Assembly: GCA_038207335.1 (NCBI GenBank)
Contig: JBBQZX010000014.1
Location: 32,001 to 96,000, forward strand
Direction of reading: 5' to 3'
Length of the DNA stretch: 64,000 nt
Source: Chthoniobacterales bacterium
GTDB taxonomy: Bacteria; Verrucomicrobiota; Verrucomicrobiia; Chthoniobacterales; Chthoniobacteraceae
In this document: positions 1 through 9,415 of the stretch, piece after piece
Layout: the number at the start of each line of letters is the position of its first letter
How positions within the stretch are numbered: position 1 is the stretch's first letter
The notes under the pieces: generated by a model
The model's input: the letters and a program-made list of their open reading frames with translations, nothing else
The model's database searches: none
Told to the model about the DNA's origin: nothing
Position numbers and translations under genes: made by a program

Positions 1-43
1 GGAGCGGAGTGAGTTTCAGGAGGAAACGGGGACTGATGTCCAT
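1..43 (-). CDS. Possible 5' end of a gene running off the left edge (MDISPRFLLKLTPL...)
   Basis: ATG at 43 on the minus strand and an open frame to the edge with a signal-peptide-like start; too short to assign. Confidence 0.3.
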   Translation of the reverse strand, partial: MDISPRFLLKLTPL

Positions 44-453
44 GCTGGAGACAGTAACCCGGTTGGCGACCTCTTCGTCAGGGTCATTCTTGGGAGCGCC
101 GCATAGCTGGGATTCTGCTCGGCGATATTTCGGCTGAAGACAACGACTGCGTGAGGACTGATCGCGCCACTCATCGCCGCCTTCCCCTGTCGCTGTCAAA
201 GCCGCCGCTCACTCCCCGCATGGATTCTGTGAGCACCACCGCACTGCGGGGCGAGCTTCAAAGAGAATACTCCCATCTGGCGAAGGGCCACTGTTCTCTT
301 GTTCCGCTCCGCATCGCCCGCCCGAGACCCAAGAAGAGAAGAACGATCGCGAGTAGAATCTTCATTCGATTTTGCTGTCCTGCTAACCACAGAATGCATT
401 GAACATCGGGCACCGCAAATTCCCCCTCATCGCTCAGTCAATTTGAATCAATC

Positions 454-1188
454 ATGAAACCCTTCGCCTTCATCGCCCTTCTGTTCGTGAGCCTTACCGC
501 CTTCGCTGCCGACGCGCAACCGCAACCCAAATGGAAGGACGGAAAGAAGGCTGTGTTCATGCTTGCATTCGATGATGGATGTCCAAGCCAGCTCAAGAAC
601 GTGATCCCAGAGTTGGAAAAGCGAAAGATTGCTGGCACCTTCTATCTCTACCCGGCCGCGGGCCAGTATCTCGCCCAAAAGGAGAAATGGGCGGAAGCGG
701 TAAAAAGCCCCTACATCGTCGTCGCCAACCACACATTTACTCACAAGGGCGTCAAGAATGCGGCTGAACTGGATGTTGAACTGGCGAAGTGCAACGAGGC
801 ACTCTATGCACTGTACCCTGATCGCCCTACTCCCCGTGGCCTGGCTTTTGGAACACCGGGCGGAGTTCCATGGGAAGTGACGAAAGAGGAATTCGATACG
901 GCCTTGGCGAAGCATCACCTCGTTGATCGCCCACCATTTCAAGGATCCCCGATGAACTACAAGTCAGCGGACGAACTCGTTGCTGCGGTGGACAAGGCGT
1001 TGGCCGCTGGAGGAGTTGGCCATGCGGATTTCCATGGCGTTGGTGGCGATTGGCTGGTGACGCCCGTAGAATGGTTTACCGCATTGCTCGACAAACTCGA
1101 AAAGCATCGCGAAGAGATTTGGATTACTGATCCGGTGTCGTTGCACGAGTTCATGGAGGAGCAAGAGAAGGCCACGGTGAAGCATTGA
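454..1188 (+). CDS. Exported polysaccharide deacetylase (NodB/CE4-like)
   Basis: Signal peptide ending AFA; motifs LAFDDG, GTFY, VANHTFTH, FHGVGG. Confidence 0.85.
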   Translation: MKPFAFIALLFVSLTAFAADAQPQPKWKDGKKAVFMLAFDDGCPSQLKNVIPELEKRKIAGTFYLYPAAGQYLAQKEKWAEAVKSPYIVVANHTFTHKGVKNAAELDVELAKCNEALYALYPDRPTPRGLAFGTPGGVPWEVTKEEFDTALAKHHLVDRPPFQGSPMNYKSADELVAAVDKALAAGGVGHADFHGVGGDWLVTPVEWFTALLDKLEKHREEIWITDPVSLHEFMEEQEKATVKH

Positions 1189-1240
1189 CATGATTGGCGC
1201 TCCGCACTCAGGGTCTCTACCGGATAGACACAGACCCTCA

Positions 1241-1441
1241 ATGAACAGAAATGTGGTCACGCGCGAAGCATTGGTCTTTCTAGCTACGTGCGGGGCATTT
1301 TTCTTATTAGCCATGATCCTTCCACTGCTATTCAGGATCGAGCTGTGGCCAATTTTGACTACCATGCCCTTCTCACCCCTTATAATCCCATTTTACGCGC
1401 TTGTGCGTTGGAGACAGTGCAAGCGCAGGTGTCGTTCATGA
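1241..1441 (+). CDS. Small membrane protein, 66 aa, two hydrophobic segments
   Basis: Hydrophobic stretches and a basic C-terminus; stop overlaps the next ATG (ATGA, 1438-1441). Confidence 0.45.
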   Translation: MNRNVVTREALVFLATCGAFFLLAMILPLLFRIELWPILTTMPFSPLIIPFYALVRWRQCKRRCRS

Positions 1442-2607
1442 ACATTCCCCGACAACGACTTAGCCGCGCGCTGCGGCGAACCATAGACCAAGACCGAAGC
1501 AAGCGCGCTTCGAGGGGAATAGGTTCGAGGCGGATTGCGGTGATGTGCTTGACGATGAGTGGATGGATCCCGGCCGCACACGCGTTCACGGCGGCGGACG
1601 CAGACACCTTGTTCGAGTCTCACTCCAAGGCATTTTATCGGACGGACGAGGAGCGGGGCTGGCACGCCAAAGACACTGAGGAAGGCAAAGCTGACTTTTG
1701 GAAAAGCGCCGAGCAGATGGAGATGGTGCTGGATGCTTACGAGAGAACGAAGAATGCTGATCAGCTCACGATGTTCGCTCGCCTTTTTCGTGGCTTCGTG
1801 GCCGACCAAGGGGCGAATTGGGCTCACAACCACTACAACGACGACATAATGTGGATGGTCATCGCGTGTGTCCGGGCGAATCTGCTCAGCGGCAATCGTG
1901 AATTCCTGGACGCAGCACGGACGAACTTCGATCTCTGTTACGCGCGCGCCGTGTCGCCAGACTTGGGCGGTGGCCTTTGGTGGAAGGTGGATAACCAGTC
2001 GAAGAATGCCTGCGTCAATGGCCCTGGAGCGATTGCCGCTTTCCTCTTGGGTAAGGCGACAGGCGAGGAGGCCTATACCACCAAAGCACGGGAGCTCTAT
2101 TTGTGGGAGCACGCGACCTTGTTTGACCCGACAACGGGACGCGTCGCCGATAACATTCGACTCGATGGGAGAGTGAATCGCATGGCGCTGACTTACAACC
2201 AAGGCACCTTTGTCGGCGCGGCGAACCTGCTCGGCTATGTGGACGAGGCGCGACTGGCCGCGACTTTCACCATGAATGAGATGTGTCGCGACGGATATCT
2301 GCCACCCGGTGGCGACAACGGAGATGGCGGCGGATTCAACGGCATCGGGGTGCGATGGATCGCGAGATTTATGAACGAGCATGGTGAGCAAGCGACCTTT
2401 GAGCCTTGGTTACAAAAGAACGCGGAAGCTGCGTGGCAGGCGCGGCGATCGTCCGACAATCTTTCCTGGTGCCGCTGGCCGCAGCCGACGACGGAGGGTC
2501 GAAGGTCCTCGTGGGGCTGTAGCAGCGCGGTGGTCATCTTACAGGTGGTGCGTCCGACGGAGGCGGTTGACGCAAAAGCCTCGCCGCGCACGGAGAGCCC
2601 GCGTTAG
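1438..2607 (+). CDS. Glycoside hydrolase family 76 (alpha-1,6-mannanase-like), exported
   Basis: YNDDIMWM (catalytic DD), GGGLWW, KNACVNGP, TYNQGTF; signal peptide ending AHA; start uncertain (1438 or ~1543). Confidence 0.9.
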   Translation: MNIPRQRLSRALRRTIDQDRSKRASRGIGSRRIAVMCLTMSGWIPAAHAFTAADADTLFESHSKAFYRTDEERGWHAKDTEEGKADFWKSAEQMEMVLDAYERTKNADQLTMFARLFRGFVADQGANWAHNHYNDDIMWMVIACVRANLLSGNREFLDAARTNFDLCYARAVSPDLGGGLWWKVDNQSKNACVNGPGAIAAFLLGKATGEEAYTTKARELYLWEHATLFDPTTGRVADNIRLDGRVNRMALTYNQGTFVGAANLLGYVDEARLAATFTMNEMCRDGYLPPGGDNGDGGGFNGIGVRWIARFMNEHGEQATFEPWLQKNAEAAWQARRSSDNLSWCRWPQPTTEGRRSSWGCSSAVVILQVVRPTEAVDAKASPRTESPR

Positions 2608-2644
2608 TCTGCATACTCCCGTTCGCGTTCACGACTCCCCCACC

Positions 2645-4354
2645 TTGAAACCTTTCGCCCGGCCGCTACTCTCGCTGACGCTGTTTGTCGCCTTGCTTGG
2701 CGACCTATCGGCGCAAGTTCCAAGTCTCGAAGACTACCGGAAGTATGCTTTGACTTATCAAGGCGATGTCAGCCGGGGCTCGAAGTTGTTCAGTGAAGAT
2801 CAGCGGTTGCTCTGCGCGAAGTGCCATTCCGTTGACGGCAGCGCCAGCAAAGCGGGTCCTGACTTATTCGCGGCGGGTGATGCGTTTGGAAGGCGCGATC
2901 TGGTGGATGCGGTGTTGTTCCCTTCAGCCACCATTGCTCCGGGCTATGGCACCATCATCGTAGAGACAAAAGGCGGCGCCATCTATCAAGGCGTCCTCAA
3001 GAAGACGTCCGACACTGAAATCCAACTCATGGGTGCGGATGGCAAGCTGGTTTCCTTGGCGACGACCGAGATCAAGACGAAGACCGGCAACACCATATCT
3101 CTCATGCCGGAAGGACAACATGCCGCCCTTTCCGTCGCAGAGTTCACCGACCTCATCGAATACCTGACCACGCTGAAGCAGCCGGAATCGAAGCGGGCGG
3201 ACAATCGCGCGGCACCGCATGACATTCCACTGATGGCGAAACCTGTGGAGCTGCGGCCCTACTTTGCGGAAGGCTTTCAGCTTCCGCGCGGGAAAGCGGA
3301 GGCGGGCCTTACGTCGTTCCGACAGATCCCCGGACTAGCCAACGTGTTTCTCGTGTTGCACCAAAAAGGCGTGATCTGGCGGGTGGAGAAAACTGCGGAC
3401 GGCGAAAGGCGGACGACATTTGCGGACCTCAGCAGCGAGGTGTTCTGCGAGCGCGGCCCAAATGGACTGCTCGATGTCGCCTTTCATCCGCAATTTCGCG
3501 AGAACCGAAAATACTACCTATTCTACCAAGGCTTCGAGGCAGACAAAGTCGTCACGCATATCGTCGAGAAGCAGATGAACGCGGACTTTCGCAGCGACTC
3601 CGGTCGACCGGCGCGCGAACTCCTCAAGATCGAAAGCGTGGCGGAAGATCACAGCGGCGGTTGTTTGCAGTTTGGGCCGGATGGCTTTCTCTACCTCGTG
3701 ATGGGAGACACCGGCCCGCATAATGATCCGAACGGCCACGCACAGAATCTACAACTCTTGCTCGGGAAAGTGATGCGGATCGACGTGGATCACGCGGACG
3801 CTGGGAGCGCATACACCATTCCGACAGACAATCCATTTCGCGCGCAAGCTGACGTCCGCCCGGAAATCTGGGCCTATGGTTTTCGCAATCCCTGGCGCTT
3901 CAGCTTTGACCGGCTCACCGGAGATCTCTGGCTGGCCGATGTTGGGCAGGATCGCGTGGAGGAAGTCGATCTCGTGCAGCGCGGCGCGAACTACGGCTGG
4001 AACGTCCATGAAGGACTTGAACCGTTCTCTAATCAGTTCCGAAAACCCGGTCGCACCTTCACACCGCCTGTCTTTGCCTATCGTCGAAAATACGGCAATT
4101 CGATCACAGGCGGGCACGTGTATCGCGGCGAAAAGGACTCGTCGTTCTACGGTGTTTACGTCTTCGGCGATTACAATTCCAAGCGCATCTTTGGCGTTAC
4201 TCAGCAGGAAGGCGCATTGAAAACGGCGCGTCAGATTGGCGACATTCCACAGCGGCTCGTGTCATTCAGCGAAGACGAGGCGGGCAATCTCTACGCTGTG
4301 GGATACGAAGGCATGATCTATCGCATCGACTTCACCAACGCTCACTTTGAGTAA
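2645..4354 (+). CDS. PQQ-dependent sugar dehydrogenase (GSDH beta-propeller) fused to an N-terminal c-type cytochrome
   Basis: CAKCH heme motif then GPDL...PSATIAPGY...SLMPEG; GSDH motifs GLLDVAFHP, HSGGCLQFGPDG, YGFRNPWRFSFD, DVGQD, GANYGW; TTG start with signal peptide. Confidence 0.88.
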   Translation: MKPFARPLLSLTLFVALLGDLSAQVPSLEDYRKYALTYQGDVSRGSKLFSEDQRLLCAKCHSVDGSASKAGPDLFAAGDAFGRRDLVDAVLFPSATIAPGYGTIIVETKGGAIYQGVLKKTSDTEIQLMGADGKLVSLATTEIKTKTGNTISLMPEGQHAALSVAEFTDLIEYLTTLKQPESKRADNRAAPHDIPLMAKPVELRPYFAEGFQLPRGKAEAGLTSFRQIPGLANVFLVLHQKGVIWRVEKTADGERRTTFADLSSEVFCERGPNGLLDVAFHPQFRENRKYYLFYQGFEADKVVTHIVEKQMNADFRSDSGRPARELLKIESVAEDHSGGCLQFGPDGFLYLVMGDTGPHNDPNGHAQNLQLLLGKVMRIDVDHADAGSAYTIPTDNPFRAQADVRPEIWAYGFRNPWRFSFDRLTGDLWLADVGQDRVEEVDLVQRGANYGWNVHEGLEPFSNQFRKPGRTFTPPVFAYRRKYGNSITGGHVYRGEKDSSFYGVYVFGDYNSKRIFGVTQQEGALKTARQIGDIPQRLVSFSEDEAGNLYAVGYEGMIYRIDFTNAHFE

Positions 4355-4359
4355 CACAT

Positions 4360-5445
4360 ATGTCTAGCTCCTCCTTCAGAATATTCATCCTTTCACTGCT
4401 TGCCTCCGCATGGCTGGCTCCAGTTGAGGCCCAGACGATCCAACGGGTCGAGCAGTCCGATTTTGGGCAAACCTCAGACGGTTCCTCGGTCAAGTTAATT
4501 ACCTTGCGAAACAGCAAGGGCATGAGCGCGAAGATCATTAGCTATGGCGCGATCATTAAGGAGCTGCAGGCTCCGGATCGCAAGGGAGTTTTCACCAATG
4601 TGGTGCTCACGACCGATAGTCTCGAGAAGTTCGAGCACGGCTTCAACGGCGCTGCAGCGATCATCGGCCGGGTAGTCAACCGCATTGGCGGGGCGCAGTT
4701 TGAACTCGATGGCACGACTTTCAAAATGGTGGCCAATGACGGAAAGAACACGATCCACGGCGGAAGCAAGGGTTTCGCGCAGTCGGTGTGGACGGTCGCC
4801 GAGGCTCCAGTCAAGGATCACGAATCGTCCGTCGTACTCACTTATCTCAGCAAAGATGGCGAGGAAGGATTTCCGGGAAATCTCAAGACCACCGTGATCT
4901 ACTCACTGACAGACAACGACGAGCTTCGCATCGACTACGAAGCGGAAACCGACAAGCCGACGATCGCCAATCTCACCAACCACGCTTACTGGAACCTCGC
5001 CGGCGGCGGGAGCTGTCTGGATAACATCTTGCAAATTCCGGCTGAGAGCTACACTCCGGCGGATAGCCATTTGATTCCCACGGGGGAAATCCTCCCGCTC
5101 AAAGGCACGCCGATGGATTTCCAACAGCCAACGCGCATTGGCGACCGCATCGAACAGCTACAACCACCAAGGGGCGGCTACGATCACAATTTCATCTTAG
5201 GAGAAGACAAAACCATGAAGTTGGCGGCGCGACTCGTTGAACCAAAAAGCGGTCGGGTGATGGAAGTGCGAACGACACAGCCAGCCGTGCAACTCTACAC
5301 CGCAAACCACCTCGCGCACACCGCCGTTTGCCTGGAGACACAGCATTATCCCGACGCCATCCACCACCGCGAATTCCCGTCTATCGTCATCCGTCCGGGC
5401 GAGCCGTTGAAGGAGACGACTGTATTCACCTTCCACGGAGAGTAG
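4360..5445 (+). CDS. galM: Aldose 1-epimerase (mutarotase), with signal peptide
   Basis: GRVVNRI, IHGG, GFPG, NLTNHAYWNL, YDHNF, QLYT, CLETQHYPD. Confidence 0.92.
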   Translation: MSSSSFRIFILSLLASAWLAPVEAQTIQRVEQSDFGQTSDGSSVKLITLRNSKGMSAKIISYGAIIKELQAPDRKGVFTNVVLTTDSLEKFEHGFNGAAAIIGRVVNRIGGAQFELDGTTFKMVANDGKNTIHGGSKGFAQSVWTVAEAPVKDHESSVVLTYLSKDGEEGFPGNLKTTVIYSLTDNDELRIDYEAETDKPTIANLTNHAYWNLAGGGSCLDNILQIPAESYTPADSHLIPTGEILPLKGTPMDFQQPTRIGDRIEQLQPPRGGYDHNFILGEDKTMKLAARLVEPKSGRVMEVRTTQPAVQLYTANHLAHTAVCLETQHYPDAIHHREFPSIVIRPGEPLKETTVFTFHGE

Positions 5446-5489
5446 GCGGATGGGAAATGCGAACCATCCCTAGTTTTCGCGAAACAACC

Positions 5490-6596
5490 ATGCGTGTCCC
5501 CTCCATCCTTTCAGCGCTTGCCACGCTTTTCCTCACGATCGTACCTCTCATCAATGCGGCGGAACCGCTGTCGCGAGGCACCCCAGAGGCACAAGGAATT
5601 TCGTCCGCCGCTGTGCGGGATTACGTCGAGGCGCTCGATAAAATCGACACGATGCACAGTTTTGTGGTCGTGCGGCACGGCGAGGTGATTGCGGAAGGCT
5701 GGTGGAAACCCGAGGCGGCGGACAAACCGCATGTGCTCAACTCAGTGAGTAAGAGCTTTAACTCGACTGCTGTAGGACTGGCGATCACGGACCGCAAATT
5801 GAGCCTAGACGATCCGGTCTTGAAGTTCTTTCCGGACGACGCGCCGAGCGATCCGTCAGCCAATCTTAAGGCCATGACCGTGCGTGATCTGCTGACCATG
5901 TGCGGCGGCCATGACTCTGAGCCGAAGCAGTCAACCGACGGTCACCCATCCGTAAAGCAGTTTCTTGCCGCGTCCGTCGTGCATCAGCCCGGCACGCATT
6001 TTCTCTACAATGGCATGGGCAGCTATACCCTTTCGGCGATCGTGACCAAAGTGACTGGTCAAACCGTGGGAGACTACCTGAAGCCCCGATTGTTCGAGCC
6101 ATTGGGAATCGAAAACGCCGAGTGGCCAAGCAGTCCTGAGGGTTATTCACTCGGCGCGCACGGCCTTTACCTTCGCACGGAGGATATCGCCAAGTTTGGC
6201 CTGCTCTACCTGCAGAAAGGGAAGTGGAAAGGCCAGCAGTTGATCCCCGAGAAATGGGTCGAACAGGCCACGGCCAAGCAAGTCCCGAACGATCAGGAAT
6301 CCCACTCGAAGATCGGCGCCGACTGGCGTGAAGGGTATGGTTTCCAGTTCTGGCGCTGTCAGCACAATGCCTTTCGCGGTGACGGCGCGGGCGGACAGTT
6401 CGTGGTTGTCATGCCCGATCAAGACATGGTCGTCGCGATGACCGCCGGGAGCGCAAACATGCAGGCGGAGTTGGACGCCATCTGGGACCACCTGCTGCCG
6501 GCCTGTCGCACCGAAGCCATCGCCGCTGACACGACCGGCCAGGAAAAGCTAAAGCAGTCCATCGGAAGTCTCGTGGTGCGCGCGAAGCAAAAGTGA
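5490..6596 (+). CDS. Exported serine hydrolase, beta-lactamase class C/esterase family
   Basis: SVSK (SxxK), DLLTM, FLYN, YGFQFW, GAGGQ; signal peptide. Confidence 0.88.
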   Translation: MRVPSILSALATLFLTIVPLINAAEPLSRGTPEAQGISSAAVRDYVEALDKIDTMHSFVVVRHGEVIAEGWWKPEAADKPHVLNSVSKSFNSTAVGLAITDRKLSLDDPVLKFFPDDAPSDPSANLKAMTVRDLLTMCGGHDSEPKQSTDGHPSVKQFLAASVVHQPGTHFLYNGMGSYTLSAIVTKVTGQTVGDYLKPRLFEPLGIENAEWPSSPEGYSLGAHGLYLRTEDIAKFGLLYLQKGKWKGQQLIPEKWVEQATAKQVPNDQESHSKIGADWREGYGFQFWRCQHNAFRGDGAGGQFVVVMPDQDMVVAMTAGSANMQAELDAIWDHLLPACRTEAIAADTTGQEKLKQSIGSLVVRAKQK

Positions 6597-6653
6597 AAAC
6601 CGACTGCGCAATGTGACTCTCGATATGTCGCTACCCCCTGCTCTACTTCCTTT

Positions 6654-7550
6654 ATGAAATTCTTCCCTGCTTTCCTTTCCGTTGGTCTTGGTTGCGCCTC
6701 CATCGTTCAGGCCGATGACACCGGCCTTGTTGCTGCTGGTTCGAAAGTGGAGGTCCTCGGCGAAGGCTACGTTTTCACCGAAGGGCCGGCGACCGATCGT
6801 GAAGGCAACGTATTCTTCACCGATCAGCCCAACGATCGCATTGTGAAATACAATGCCGCTGACGGTTCGTTCTCCGACTGGCTCAAGCCCGCTGGACGCA
6901 GCAACGGGACGTGCTTCGACCAAGCCGGCAACCTTCTCTCCTGTGCGGACGGGAAGAACGAACTCTGGTCCATTTCACCCGAGAAAAAGATCACAGTGCT
7001 GATGCAAGACGTTGACGGCAAGTTGCTGAACGGCCCGAACGACCTATGGGTTCGCCCGGACGGCAATCTGTATTTCACCGACCCGCTCTACCCGCGCGAT
7101 TATTGGGAACGCGACAAAGCCACACAGCAGCCGGGTCAATATGTTTACTTTCTCGAAATTCACTCGAAGAAAGTGACGTCCGTGGCGACCGATCTGAAAC
7201 AGCCCAACGGCATCGTCGGCACACCCGATGGGAAGACGCTTTACATTGCCGACATCGGCGCAGGCAGGACGTATTCCTACACGACCAATGCTGATGGCAC
7301 GTTGGGAAACAAAACGCTCTTTTGCGAGATGGGTTCGGACGGCATGACGATCGATGCCGAGGGAAATATCTATCTCACCGGCAAGGGCGTCACGGTCTTC
7401 GACAAGACCGGCAAGAAACTCACCAACATCCCCATCCCCGAGCCTTGGACCGGCAACGTGACCTTCGGAGGCATCGACCGTGACCTGCTTTTCATCACCG
7501 CGAGCAAGAAAGTGTATGGCGTCAAAATGCGCGTGAAGGGCGCCTACTGA
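6654..7550 (+). CDS. SMP-30/gluconolactonase family protein, exported
   Basis: FTEGP, RSNG, NGPNDL, YFTDP, PNGI, SDGMTID. Confidence 0.92.
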   Translation: MKFFPAFLSVGLGCASIVQADDTGLVAAGSKVEVLGEGYVFTEGPATDREGNVFFTDQPNDRIVKYNAADGSFSDWLKPAGRSNGTCFDQAGNLLSCADGKNELWSISPEKKITVLMQDVDGKLLNGPNDLWVRPDGNLYFTDPLYPRDYWERDKATQQPGQYVYFLEIHSKKVTSVATDLKQPNGIVGTPDGKTLYIADIGAGRTYSYTTNADGTLGNKTLFCEMGSDGMTIDAEGNIYLTGKGVTVFDKTGKKLTNIPIPEPWTGNVTFGGIDRDLLFITASKKVYGVKMRVKGAY

Positions 7551-7649
7551 TGATCTTTGGGCCGCTCGTCAATCGCAACTCCCAGCGTAGCGTCGAGTGA
7601 AGGCGAGAGCGAGGGTGTCGAGCAGGTTCATGGATGAGGTTGTGGGGAG

Positions 7650-7805
7650 CTACTTTTGGAGCAGCAGACAGATGCCAGCGACCAACGCCAGAAGCGGCAA
7701 AAGAATATTGAGCTGGCCGAGATTGATCCCGAAGAGACCCATGAGGCCGATGACAACGAGGTAGATCGCGAGGAGGAAAATGCCGAGATTTTTTGGACGG
7801 TTCAT
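7650..7805 (-). CDS. Small two-TM membrane protein, 51 aa (MNRPKNLGIFLLAIYL...)
   Basis: Strongly hydrophobic hairpin at the 3' end of the long spurious ORF 7650..9191; ATG at 7805. Confidence 0.7.
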   Translation of the reverse strand: MNRPKNLGIFLLAIYLVVIGLMGLFGINLGQLNILLPLLALVAGICLLLQK

Positions 7806-8021
7806 CTTGTGGCAATAACCATTTAAGAAACGTGCCTCAAGGTCATCCTGCGCGAACTTGGTGAGTCGAAAACCTCGGCTCCGCGGATGTGAGGGCAACT
7901 CGCCAAACGGACGGCGAGAGCAACGGTACAGAATTCGGCCATTGTTTGACGTGGCAATGCGGTTAGACTCAGCCGAAGGCGCTTCAGCGGTGCCAAGAAC
8001 CCCTCCTCGCATCCGACCCGC

Positions 8022-9365
8022 ATGTTTGAAAATAAGACTCAGCCGAAGATCGTGGAGCGGGCGTTGCTCGTGGGAGCCTATGTGGACGCGTCGGATCGGG
8101 ATGAGACTCAGAGCCTGCTGGAGGAGCTCGAGGAGCTCGTGAATACTCTCGGCGTGCCAATCATCGATCGGATGCTCGTGCATCATCGCGAGCAGCATGC
8201 GCGGTATCTGATCGGCTCGGGAAAGGCAGAGGAGATCGCGGCCCGGGCGCGCGATGAAAAGTTGGATGTGATCATTTTCGACAACGACCTGACGCCGAGC
8301 CAGCAGCGGAATTGGGAGGCGCTGGCACCCGGTGTGGCGGTGATCGACCGGCAGGAGGTGATCCTGGATATTTTCGGAAAGCGGGCGCAAACACGTGAGG
8401 CGCGGCTTCAAGTGGAGCTGGCAAAGCTGGAGTATTCGCTGCCGCGGCTGACGCGGGCGTGGAGCCATCTCGGAGGACAGGGCGGCGGGATCGGGGCGAA
8501 AGGCGAGGGCGAGTCGCAGCTCGAGCAGGACAAGCGCCGGGTGCGGCAGGCGATTTACCGCTGCAAGCAGGAGCTGAAGGAGGTGACCTCCTCGCGTGCG
8601 ACTCAGCGCAAGGATCGCAAGCGCGCGCCAGTGCCGAATGCGGCAATCGTGGGCTACACGAACTCGGGTAAGTCGTCGCTGCTGCGGCGGCTGACGGGCG
8701 CGGATGTTTTCATCGAGGACAAGCTTTTCGCGACGCTTGACACGACGACGCGGAAGATCGCGCTGGCAAACAAGCAGCCGCTGCTTTTGACGGACACGGT
8801 CGGCTTTGTGCGGAAGCTGCCGCATCGGTTGATCGAGGCTTTCAACGCGACGCTGGAGGAGGCGGTGATGGCGGATTTTCTGATTCATCTCCTGGATGCG
8901 TCGCAGCCGGAGGTGATGAATTTTTTCAATACGACGGTGAAGGTGCTCGATGAACTCGGGGCTGAGGGAAAGCGGACGCTCGTGGTTTTCAACAAGATCG
9001 ACAAGGTGGACGACCCCATGACGCTGACGAATTTGCGGCGGCATTTTCCGGACGCGGAATTCGTATCCGTGCGGACGGGCGCTGGGATGGATGCGCTCCT
9101 GGATCGGATCGGGGAATTCGTGTCGGAGGGATCGATGGTGCGGGAGCTGCGCCTGCCAGCGAGTGCATCCGCGGCGATGGCGCGGCTGCATAAAAGCGCA
9201 AAAATCCTAGAGACGGAATATCTGGAAAATGAAGTGCGGATGGTGGCGCTGCTGAATCCGAGGCTGACGGCGGAGTATGCCGAATACCTGCGCAGCACGC
9301 CGGTGGAGGAGTGTGCGGTAGGCGTGGATTCGGTAGAGACAAATGGAACGAAGGCCATTAAGTAA
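8022..9365 (+). CDS. hflX: Ribosome-splitting GTPase HflX
   Basis: GSGKAEE, LTPSQQRN, ILDIF..RA.TREA.LQVELA, GYTNSGKS, LFATLD, DTVGF, NKID. Confidence 0.97.
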   Translation: MFENKTQPKIVERALLVGAYVDASDRDETQSLLEELEELVNTLGVPIIDRMLVHHREQHARYLIGSGKAEEIAARARDEKLDVIIFDNDLTPSQQRNWEALAPGVAVIDRQEVILDIFGKRAQTREARLQVELAKLEYSLPRLTRAWSHLGGQGGGIGAKGEGESQLEQDKRRVRQAIYRCKQELKEVTSSRATQRKDRKRAPVPNAAIVGYTNSGKSSLLRRLTGADVFIEDKLFATLDTTTRKIALANKQPLLLTDTVGFVRKLPHRLIEAFNATLEEAVMADFLIHLLDASQPEVMNFFNTTVKVLDELGAEGKRTLVVFNKIDKVDDPMTLTNLRRHFPDAEFVSVRTGAGMDALLDRIGEFVSEGSMVRELRLPASASAAMARLHKSAKILETEYLENEVRMVALLNPRLTAEYAEYLRSTPVEECAVGVDSVETNGTKAIK

Positions 9366-9415
9366 CGCAAAGTTTTCCTGAAGGGAACGGAAGCTGCGCA
9401 CCGCGACACGAAACG

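Noticed and set aside
7650..9191. 513-aa minus-strand ORF and other long antisense ORFs (e.g. 37019..38470, 60150..61961, 19713..20969, 32941..34158)
   Set aside because: They shadow well-supported genes on the opposite strand, as expected in high-GC DNA, and have no motifs; only the last 51 codons of 7650..9191 look real
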